From Elusimicrobia bacterium RBG_16_66_12 (GTDB lineage: Bacteria; Elusimicrobiota; Elusimicrobia; UBA1565; UBA9628), in assembly GCA_001800005.1 (NCBI GenBank), contig MGUL01000041.1, forward strand, positions 31,855-74,297: 42,443 bases of DNA. The letters run 5' to 3'. Shown here one piece after another: positions 16,503-24,106 of the stretch. The notes under the pieces were generated by a model. It did no database searches, had not been told where the DNA came from, and saw only the letters and a program-made list of their open reading frames with translations. The first letter of the stretch is position 1, and each line of letters starts with the position of its first letter. Both the position numbers and the translations under genes were made by a program.

Positions 16503-17836
16503 GCGGCCCTCACGCGCTCAAGGGCGGCGATGGCGGCGGCCAGCTTGCCCGTCTGGGCCGTCATCATCGCCAGCAGCGTCCGGGCCTTCTCCGGCGGCGC
16601 CGCTCTGAGGAGGGAGGCCGCCCCTGTGAGGCTGCCTGCCTTGGAGCTGATGTCGTGGATGAGCTTATCGAGCGTCTTGTCCGGGAGCGAGCTCCCCGCG
16701 GCCTTTTCCGGCCGGGCGGCGCCGCCGACGAGCGCGGCGAGCACCTGTTCGCTCACGCGCCCGTCTTCCCCCGCCACGAGCAGGTCCACGAGGCGCTTGA
16801 GCTCGCGAACGTTGCCGGGCCAGTCGTACGCCAGCAGCCGCACCTTGGCCTCAGGGGTGAAGCTAAGGCGCTTGCCACCTTGCGTGAAGCGGGCGATCAT
16901 CGGGAAGATGTCGTCCTTGCGCCGCGCGAGAGGCTTGATCTGCACGGCGAAGCCGTGAACGCGCTGGAGGAAGTCGAAGCGCAATCGACCCGCCGCCACG
17001 AGGTCCTGGACGTTCTCGAGCGTCGCGCTGATGACCCGGAAATTGGAGGACTCCGGTCGTTCGGCGCCGAGAGGATAGAAGCAATGCTCCTCGATCGCCT
17101 TGAGGAGCTTGGTCTGCATCGCGAGGCTCATCGAGCCGATCTCATCGAGGAACAGCGTGCCGCCGTCGGCAAGTAGGAGCTTCCCCTTCCTGGATTCCGC
17201 GGCCCCGGTGAAGGCGCCGCGCTTGAAGCCGAACAGCTCCGCCTCGAGAAGGTCCTCGGTGTAGGCGGCGCAGTTGATCGCGACGAACTCTCCGGCCCTG
17301 CCCGAGTGGTCGTGGATGATGCGCGCCAGGCTCGTCTTGCCGACGCCGGACGGCCCCAATATGAGGATGGGAAGATCCGAAGTCGCGTATTTGAGGGCGG
17401 AACCGACGGCGGCGCGCGTCTCCTCGTCCTCGGTGATGAACTCCTCGGAAAAGAGCGCGCCGCCCGCGGCCTTCTCGCGGAGCGACAGGAAGCGGGACAG
17501 CACCAGGTCGACGTTGGCCGCCTCGTTGCCTTTAGCGCAGAAATCCCGGCAGCCCAGCTCGTAGGCGCGATCCACGAACCGGTCGGAGTCGTGGCCCGAC
17601 ATGACCGCAGCGTAGGCGCCCATTGAGATGGCGACTGGGATCAGTTCCAGACCCGAGCACTCCTTCCCGTCGCCCAGGTCCAAGTCGATAAAGCAGATAT
17701 CCGGCCTCGTCTCGAGCCGAGCGCGCGCCTCATCGACGTTGGCCGCAAACTCGACGGCGTGATCGACGAGCCTATCCCTCATGACTGTTTGAGCCAGCGG
17801 ATCGTCCTCGACGACTAGAATCTTGAGCTTAGACAT
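16499..17836 (-). CDS. Sigma-54-dependent response regulator (REC + AAA+ bEBP) without a recognisable C-terminal HTH
   Basis: The REC domain reads KILVVEDDPLAQ...ICFIDLDLGDG. AAA+ Walker A is ILILGPSGVGKTSLARIIH. The GAFTGA loop is FGFKRGAFTGA. Walker B is GTLFLDEIGSMS. The C-terminal ~70 aa lack a Fis-type HTH pattern. I prefer ATG 17836 (MSKLKILVV) over GTG 17845. Confidence 0.9.
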   Translation of the reverse strand: MSKLKILVVEDDPLAQTVMRDRLVDHAVEFAANVDEARARLETRPDICFIDLDLGDGKECSGLELIPVAISMGAYAAVMSGHDSDRFVDRAYELGCRDFCAKGNEAANVDLVLSRFLSLREKAAGGALFSEEFITEDEETRAAVGSALKYATSDLPILILGPSGVGKTSLARIIHDHSGRAGEFVAINCAAYTEDLLEAELFGFKRGAFTGAAESRKGKLLLADGGTLFLDEIGSMSLAMQTKLLKAIEEHCFYPLGAERPESSNFRVISATLENVQDLVAAGRLRFDFLQRVHGFAVQIKPLARRKDDIFPMIARFTQGGKRLSFTPEAKVRLLAYDWPGNVRELKRLVDLLVAGEDGRVSEQVLAALVGGAARPEKAAGSSLPDKTLDKLIHDISSKAGSLTGAASLLRAAPPEKARTLLAMMTAQTGKLAAAIAALERVRAA

Positions 17837-17900
17837 CTGCGCCACATGACCCCCTTGAGCCTCCGCCCCCGTTCTTTACCGCACGGCCTTTCGGCCGGGC

Positions 17901-17937
17901 AATAAAAAACGGGAAACGATTTTTAGTCGTTCCCCGT
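17901..17937 (-). terminator. Rho-independent terminator (minus strand)
   Basis: The minus-strand RNA reads acggggaacga-cuaaaaa-ucguuucccgu followed by uuuuuuauu. That is an 11-bp stem with one G-U (17937-17927 pairing with 17919-17909) and a U-tract encoded by 17908-17901. A GNRA-capped hairpin cggcc-gaaa-ggccg (17897-17884) follows. Confidence 0.7.
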
Positions 17938-18103
17938 GGCGGGACCCCGGTAAGGCGGGATCGTGGATACCCCGGGGCCAATCCCCCAGGCTACACAGGC
18001 TAATGGGACATTCTAAGTGTAGGGTGCCGGGCTTGAAGTCTCCAGGGCCGTTGGTCCCGCCCGGCGTAGGCCTTGGACACAGGACGAAAGGCCTAGGGAA
18101 CGA
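17927..18103 (-). promoter_or_regulatory. Candidate structured RNA element (riboswitch-like leader, 3' UTR, or small RNA) with a three-way junction
   Basis: Complementary segments were verified by hand. P1 pairs 18096-18103 (gggaacga) with 17927-17934 (tcgttccc). The P2 hairpin pairs 18067-18074 (taggcctt) with 18088-18095 (aaggccta). P3 pairs 17938-17946 (ggcgggacc) with 18053-18061 (ggtcccgcc). The 3' strand of P1 is also the 5' arm of the terminator. I recognise no Rfam family. Confidence 0.3.
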
Positions 18104-18140
18104 ATTCGTGGACCGTAGCCCCACGTGAGACCTGTTTAGC

Positions 18141-20903
18141 CTACGGTACGGGTGACAGCACGATTTTCAGACGCTGTCCGAACGCATCAGGCAGAAGCAC
18201 TCCGCCGGCGTCCCCACTGCCGTCATCTTCCCATTCTGGCCGGTGTCCTAGGATGAACTTAAACCAACGCTCCCGATCCCCGACCCGAAGATGCATTCGC
18301 TCATCAATGGTGCCCGGCAGATACCGACGGTAAATCTTCAAGCACGCGTTCGGGTCGCGTACAAGCTCACGCTCCACTTTACTGCCAAGACGGTCGACTC
18401 GTCCTACCCGCTGTTCTAGACGGGCAGGATTCCACGCCAAGTCGTAGTGCACGACTCGCGCGCATTCGCGGTGAAGATCTATCCCCTCCTGCATCACTTC
18501 AGAAGCAACCAAGACATAGGGCCGAAAAGGGGTATTGAAGCCGTAGCGATATCTACGACGATTGGCAATACTCTCGTCGCCGCTGGCGCGAGCCACCATA
18601 TTCTCAGTACGCAGGCCGCGGGCGAAGCTCCGGATCTCCTCCGCGGGAAGGGTGATAATCTCTTCCAAAAACCGCCGGACCATCCGTTGGACGCGCGGGC
18701 CTTGGGCGGCGGCGAGAAGCGCACGCTCGGCCCGGACACCTCCGCGGCCTCCAAGAGACAACGTGGCCGAGCCGAGAATTTCCGGCACAAATAAGGCCCT
18801 GCCGACCGCATCGAGCAATTCTTCGCGGAGAACCAGATCTTGGATTCCTTCAAGTTGCGCGCGATAAGGTTCCCAGACACTTCTGTGTTTAAGGACTCGA
18901 TCCAGCCACGCTACCAGCTGTTCCTTGGTGCAATAGTGGCTTCGAAGAATCGCGCGTTCATGGTCAGGGGTGAGAATTCGGACGATACGTCGCTTTAGGT
19001 CAACTGGATGGACAACCTCCTTTTTCCAAAACTGGTGGAGTGACGCAATGGTTGCCGAAGAGCCAGTTTGTACCTGACGCCCGAATACAATGCACTCGCA
19101 CAGCGACGCAAGGCTATCCCAGTCAGGTCCATGCGCTTTCCCCTTCAAGCCAACTCGGTAGCCGTTGCCGAATCGCGCGAGTTCTCGGATGACTTCTGGA
19201 TAAATGTCGTTCGCTGATGGACGAGCGCGAAGGTATGCGCAATAGTTCTCCTTGAATAACAGACGCAGCGTGTCGCGTTCGGTCGTAACTCTTTTGCGCA
19301 GGTTACGGAGGAGATGATCGACTTCAGCGCGCGATAGAGGCAGAAGCCCTGCATAAACCTGCTTTTCAAGCGCCAAGTTCAGCGTGGCCTGCAGCGCCTT
19401 GACCGACTCTAGGCGGGCAGTGAAGATCAGCACCTTTTCACCCTTGCGGAACTCATCGCTGACGCTCTGAGAGAGTGCCAAGAGTTTGGGATGTTGACTG
19501 CCATTTCGGCTGAGGAGCTTTCGCATGAGGCCGCGATAGAACGCTACCGAACCGGCGCCTCCTGCACGCCCACGCATCACGGCGCTTTCCCGAAAGGCCT
19601 CCCAAGAGCTCGTCAACGAGAGGCTTTGTACCGCCGAGAATGTCGGTTTCTGGCGTTGATACTCATACAGGAGTCTGTGCAAGACTGCGAAGGGGACCCG
19701 CTCCTTGCTACTGATTGGAATTGGAGTCTGGATTGTCTCCCGGTAGGCGCGCTCCTTAACATTCCGAACAACCCATTTACCTAGGATCGCCTGGAGATCC
19801 CGATGGCCCTGGCAAAGGGTCTCAAATGCGTGCTTGAAGGCAGGGTTGACATTGATTCCCCGAAGCTCCTTTTTGCTCACGACCGACTTATCCGTGGGGG
19901 TTAACGTTTGCCACGCATCTTCAAAGGTGCGGACGAGATCCTGATAGCGTTGGGCGCATGCAGTCACTGTCTCGGCTTCACGATCCATCGATCTGGCCGA
20001 ATGTTCAGTCGAATGTCGGAAGAGCCGCAACATGCTTTGAAGTTCATCAGGGCCCAACTGAAACGGCGTGGCCGTGAGGAAAAGCATGTCACGGAAACAT
20101 CGGTGGAAGACCGACTCCAAAGCTGCGTACTGCTTGCTGTCCGGGTTCTTTAGGTGGTGAGCTTCATCGACCACGACCAAACTAAATCGACGCAGCCGAG
20201 TGCGTATCAGCAACCAGCGGATATGGTCAGCTAGCGGTTTGAGCTTATAAGCCGCCACAGAATCGGGATCAAAAGGCCAGAGGTCCAATTCCTTCAGAGT
20301 TTTGCGGATGGTCTTCTTGAGACTCGGAACCCGCTCATCCAGCCAGGAGAGACGCTTTCGCGCCCATGGTGCGCCCCCCCTACCTCCCAGACGTCGCCAT
20401 AATATTATGCGCGCAGGGCGGTTAAGCCTCGCCGCTCGTGACACGAGGTGATAGACAAGCTCGAGAGTCCGCTTCCGTTCACCTGCCCGGCGTGAAGCAA
20501 GAAAGATGGAGGCTGGGAGGATCCAGACCCGGCTTTTAACCCGCGTCTGCAATAGCTTTTCTAGGGGCCAGTCATAGAGATCTTGGGTCAGAGACATCCG
20601 TCTTCCAACCCCAGGGCTAACGTTCTCCCGCCTAAACCGTTCCAAGTCGCGCGTCCACTTTTCAGCCAAGTCCGCTGAAGGAGTCAGCACGAGTACCCGA
20701 CTCCCAGGATAGCGCACCAGATAATCGGCGATTGCTCCTAGCGCCACATACGTCTTGCCCATCCCTACTTCATCGCTTAGAACCACTCCCGGTTGGACCC
20801 GCAGGCGATCCAGGACTCCCCGCATGGTGGCCGCTTGACGACGGGCGTCGGCAGTGGATACCCGGCGCTGCACTCCTTGGAAGTCGACGCGGACGCGGGC
20901 CAT
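18141..20903 (-). CDS. SNF2-family helicase (second copy, 920 aa)
   Basis: Motif I is VVLSDEVGMGKTYVALGAI. Motif II is LVVVDEAHHLKN. Motif III is MLFLTATPFQLGPDEL. Motifs V/VI are VLVASEVMQEGIDLH...VVHYDLAWNPARLEQRVGRVDRLGS. The ATG at 20903-20901 overlaps the PLD gene stop by 1 nt. Confidence 0.9.
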   Translation of the reverse strand: MARVRVDFQGVQRRVSTADARRQAATMRGVLDRLRVQPGVVLSDEVGMGKTYVALGAIADYLVRYPGSRVLVLTPSADLAEKWTRDLERFRRENVSPGVGRRMSLTQDLYDWPLEKLLQTRVKSRVWILPASIFLASRRAGERKRTLELVYHLVSRAARLNRPARIILWRRLGGRGGAPWARKRLSWLDERVPSLKKTIRKTLKELDLWPFDPDSVAAYKLKPLADHIRWLLIRTRLRRFSLVVVDEAHHLKNPDSKQYAALESVFHRCFRDMLFLTATPFQLGPDELQSMLRLFRHSTEHSARSMDREAETVTACAQRYQDLVRTFEDAWQTLTPTDKSVVSKKELRGINVNPAFKHAFETLCQGHRDLQAILGKWVVRNVKERAYRETIQTPIPISSKERVPFAVLHRLLYEYQRQKPTFSAVQSLSLTSSWEAFRESAVMRGRAGGAGSVAFYRGLMRKLLSRNGSQHPKLLALSQSVSDEFRKGEKVLIFTARLESVKALQATLNLALEKQVYAGLLPLSRAEVDHLLRNLRKRVTTERDTLRLLFKENYCAYLRARPSANDIYPEVIRELARFGNGYRVGLKGKAHGPDWDSLASLCECIVFGRQVQTGSSATIASLHQFWKKEVVHPVDLKRRIVRILTPDHERAILRSHYCTKEQLVAWLDRVLKHRSVWEPYRAQLEGIQDLVLREELLDAVGRALFVPEILGSATLSLGGRGGVRAERALLAAAQGPRVQRMVRRFLEEIITLPAEEIRSFARGLRTENMVARASGDESIANRRRYRYGFNTPFRPYVLVASEVMQEGIDLHRECARVVHYDLAWNPARLEQRVGRVDRLGSKVERELVRDPNACLKIYRRYLPGTIDERMHLRVGDRERWFKFILGHRPEWEDDGSGDAGGVLLPDAFGQRLKIVLSPVP

Positions 20904-22789
20904 CAGCGCATCCAGGCCTTGCGGCCGCGGCTCAGGTAATGGGAGCGGATATTGGACATGCCTCGACTATTGCGGCTGATAAACTGATGCAACCGAGCAG
21001 CCTGCCGGCGGGCCTGGGTGAGCGCCTCCGGCTTGCCGCACCACCGAACAGATGCCACCATGGCACCTAGCTCGAGAAGAGCGAAGCGTCTGAACCCATC
21101 ATCAAGACTGCGGTCGGTGCGGATGCCCTCCGCCAGTCTTGTCACCCCGAGGTCACCAAGGAATACCGCCGTCGCTTCCCCAGTTGAGCCCAAGCGGGCT
21201 GATAGGCGCTTGCGCATCCCCTCTAAGCCTCGAGTAAGTCGCGAGAGTTGCTCCATGTAAGGCACGTCGTCCACGGAAGCATTGCCCATGCGCGAATTTC
21301 TCTTTGCGATCACCCGATCACGGAAACGGGCAAGATTCGCCGCCCCACTAGCGAGATAATCGAGGATATCGGTGTAATGAAGATCGGCCATGCCCGGCAC
21401 TAGAGGCAAGAGTTCTTTGTTCATTACAGCTATTGGAAACTTCGCCTTATTGCTTCCCTCTTGAACGACAAGCCATGCGGTCTTCCCGAGTTTAAATCTG
21501 ATTCGACGTTCATGCGGGAATTGATCCCGGCCACCGTTCGGCCTAGCGATCACCTTGTCCTCATACGCGACTGACCACTTCGCTATCGGCTTGCGGCTTT
21601 CGTACACAATGGTCATTGAACCGGTGAGCGCGTCGTATTCCGCCCCCTGGAGAAACGGTGTCCACAATCTGCCGGTCTGCTCGTCGTCGTTGGGAACAGA
21701 CGACACTTTTGTCCAATCTACGACTCCCTCTGTCGGCGGCAGATGTTTCCGAATGTCGCCCCACGAACCAGTCAAGGCGACAGCGACTTCGGAGTTTGCC
21801 CCAAGCAACCCTGGGCCCGTGAAGTTTGGAGAACCCAGCATAGCCCAGCCCCTACTGCCTGCCCGTGCGACAAAGAGCTTGGCATGAAGCACGCGCGATC
21901 CGGCACGTTCCCCACTTTCCGTGCTTCCTGTGGTCAGGCTTTGATGAATCACGGGACAGGTCGGCTTGGCGAAAGCCAACGCTTCGGCCGACATGCCGGA
22001 CCTATAAACGGGCCCTGTATCGCCGGCATCCTTTCGTACGTACACATGGACAGCTCGAGCTTTCAGGTGGGTCAACGGTTTCGAGCGAGCCCCCCCATCG
22101 AAGAAGGGTGAGACGACGTGTAATTCGTCGAGATCGTCCCGGCCATCCATCAGACGCTTCCATTGATGCAAAATGGGTTGGGCCGACTCGCTATGCAACA
22201 GATTTGTATCTCCTCCAGTAGAGGGCATACGTCGCCGCAGCTCCGTTAAGGCGGCGCTAAGCACGCGCGAGGTAGGCCACTCTTTTCGGCCGATCCTGTT
22301 CAGGTACTCCAGGCTGGAACGTGCCGTCGCGCCGAACTTGTCGCCTCTCTCCGTTGAGGCCACCCAAGCAAGTTCGAGGTTTCTGTGGAAGCCGGCCTCG
22401 GTTAAATTAGCGGACGAGACGATCAAACGAGTGGCTCGATCAAACGCTAACAGGTGCAGCTTGGGGTGGAACGCCGGAAACCTATGGGAAAAGAGCAGGT
22501 CGTAGGAGTCGACGCCCTTCTCGCTCTCGAAGTTAAACCTGTGCTTGTCAGCGAGTACAGCCACCTTTGCCTGACGCAGTCGGCTACGTAACGTCAGAAG
22601 AAACGGGGAGTCATCGCTCTTTTTCCCCGCAGTTCGGTCTGGAGCATCGGCGTCCAGACCAACCAGCATCGGGAGCACGGTCTGCTCTAGATATGAAAGA
22701 TCGAGGTCAAAGGTCGTCAGGACCGCAGCACGAAGCGATTGGCCATCCGGCGGCGTGAAAGCCTCAAGCATCGGCATAACTCGCGTCAT
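20903..22789 (-). CDS. Phospholipase D-family nuclease with two HKD motifs plus a ~280-aa C-terminal region of unknown function
   Basis: HKD-1 is FPAFHPKLHLLAFDRATRLIVSSANLTEAG. HKD-2 is SRVLHAKLFVARAGSRGWAMLGSPNFTGPG. There is an ATGA overlap with the upstream gene (22786-22789). Confidence 0.85.
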   Translation of the reverse strand: MTRVMPMLEAFTPPDGQSLRAAVLTTFDLDLSYLEQTVLPMLVGLDADAPDRTAGKKSDDSPFLLTLRSRLRQAKVAVLADKHRFNFESEKGVDSYDLLFSHRFPAFHPKLHLLAFDRATRLIVSSANLTEAGFHRNLELAWVASTERGDKFGATARSSLEYLNRIGRKEWPTSRVLSAALTELRRRMPSTGGDTNLLHSESAQPILHQWKRLMDGRDDLDELHVVSPFFDGGARSKPLTHLKARAVHVYVRKDAGDTGPVYRSGMSAEALAFAKPTCPVIHQSLTTGSTESGERAGSRVLHAKLFVARAGSRGWAMLGSPNFTGPGLLGANSEVAVALTGSWGDIRKHLPPTEGVVDWTKVSSVPNDDEQTGRLWTPFLQGAEYDALTGSMTIVYESRKPIAKWSVAYEDKVIARPNGGRDQFPHERRIRFKLGKTAWLVVQEGSNKAKFPIAVMNKELLPLVPGMADLHYTDILDYLASGAANLARFRDRVIAKRNSRMGNASVDDVPYMEQLSRLTRGLEGMRKRLSARLGSTGEATAVFLGDLGVTRLAEGIRTDRSLDDGFRRFALLELGAMVASVRWCGKPEALTQARRQAARLHQFISRNSRGMSNIRSHYLSRGRKAWMR

Positions 22790-24096
22790 AGGCGCCGTCC
22801 CGATTCACGGGCCATGCTGATGAGATTGGGTGTGCGATAAGAATAAGTCCCCAAAGCGCCATCCCGTGACGAAGGATAGGCGACGCTGGGATCTAATTCC
22901 CATTTATCCTTACTGTGCGGGTGGAACCAGCGAGGCGTCTGGCGGCGCACCATCTCAGTCTGATGTGTTTCAAGAAGCGCTCGCAGGAGAGAGACGCCAT
23001 CCTCCATGTCCAGCTCCTTTCCCATGGCGAAGTCAGAAAAGACCGGCAGGAAGTTCGCCATGCCAAGAAACGGAAGAAGACGTGCGCGCGTCTTGCGAGC
23101 CAGTTTAAGGGCCTTCTTGAGCGCATTTGAACGTGCGAGCGCGGTCGGAGAACTCGTCCCTCCGCGGCTCACGAGATCGTCCCGGAAAAGATTGAACGCC
23201 TGCATCAACGCTGCGCGATACTCCTCGAGAGCGATGATCGCGGCGGCGCGTCGCTCAAGTTCCTGGCCGCCATCTCCGCGTCCGGCACCGCGGGCGGTTC
23301 TCTTGAGGATTTCGATCTCGTCTCGATCGGCAAGGTTCCTGCGGCGCAGGAAATCAAGGACCATGGTTCGTCGGGCTGGAAGCCCCGACGTCGGCAGGAG
23401 ACGTGTTCGAAGGAGCAACAACTCTTCCGTCAAGGCGTCCTGATCCCGGTGGGTTCCACTCCGCAACTGAAGCCCGAGCCGTGTCCCAATCGCGGCGAGC
23501 CGGCCGCGGCTGCGATTAAATAGGACGCGGCCAGACCGAATGGAATTCGCGCAGGCCCCCTTGTTGCGGCCACCGGCGTCCTGGCTCCAGAATAAGTTCG
23601 CTAGACGGTTCCCAGCTACAGTCAGCTCCGTCACTCCTTCTCTGAGGAGACCAAAGGATTCGAGAGACGTCCGGTATGAACCAAGCGCTCCCAGATCGGG
23701 TTGGCGTTGAATGAACGGGTAGTCTAGCGACGCACTTGAGAAATGCCAATTGCGAAAGAGCGGTTCCACCTTGGTCCGTCCGATGAGACCTCGCGAATTC
23801 TGATCCTCGACCGCGACGTTCCAGGCGACCCAAAGTCTTTCCCAGCGCATAAAGAGCCGCAATCGCTCAATGTCGCGATCGATAGCTTGGCGAACCAGGC
23901 CGCCGAGCTCCTCTTCAATGAGCTGCAGACCGCCGCAGATCATTGAGTAGTAGCGTATCCGCCTCGTCCGTGTGGTGATGCCCGGCAGCCATTCCTCCGC
24001 GAGCCGCATGGCGTACGCATAGAATCCGAGCGGGTCCTCGTTGGTAGCGCCTTTTTCGAGAGGGGCATAGGCAGTCCAACGAACGAGCCCGCTCAT
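22786..24096 (-). CDS. Hypothetical alpha-helical protein (436 aa), no confidently recognised domain
   Basis: This is a long ORF with protein-like composition, embedded in the operon and ATGA-coupled to the PLD gene. The conspicuous N-terminal motif is EDPLGFYAYAMRLAEEWLPGITTRTRRIRYYS. Confidence 0.8.
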   Translation of the reverse strand: MSGLVRWTAYAPLEKGATNEDPLGFYAYAMRLAEEWLPGITTRTRRIRYYSMICGGLQLIEEELGGLVRQAIDRDIERLRLFMRWERLWVAWNVAVEDQNSRGLIGRTKVEPLFRNWHFSSASLDYPFIQRQPDLGALGSYRTSLESFGLLREGVTELTVAGNRLANLFWSQDAGGRNKGACANSIRSGRVLFNRSRGRLAAIGTRLGLQLRSGTHRDQDALTEELLLLRTRLLPTSGLPARRTMVLDFLRRRNLADRDEIEILKRTARGAGRGDGGQELERRAAAIIALEEYRAALMQAFNLFRDDLVSRGGTSSPTALARSNALKKALKLARKTRARLLPFLGMANFLPVFSDFAMGKELDMEDGVSLLRALLETHQTEMVRRQTPRWFHPHSKDKWELDPSVAYPSSRDGALGTYSYRTPNLISMARESGRRL

Positions 24097-24106
24097 GCGT
24101 AGCCCT

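Noticed and set aside
18017-18134. Plus-strand resemblance to cobalamin riboswitch elements (GGGTG...TCC...CCCGCC, and AGCCCC-acgt-GAGACCTG resembling a B12 box at 18117-18134)
   Set aside because: The matches are interrupted by insertions, and the order and spacing do not fit the consensus as I remember it. The plus strand has no downstream gene to regulate. The strong terminator in this region is oriented for minus-strand transcription.
17850-18140. Possible tRNA/tmRNA/SRP/RNase P/6S gene serving as the island attachment site
   Set aside because: I found no GTTCRANNC-type T-loop, no acceptor stem with CCA context, no tmRNA 3' end, no SRP GGAA/AGCA helix-8 motif and no RNase P GGAAAGTCCGG box on either strand. 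I kept the region only as an unclassified structured element.
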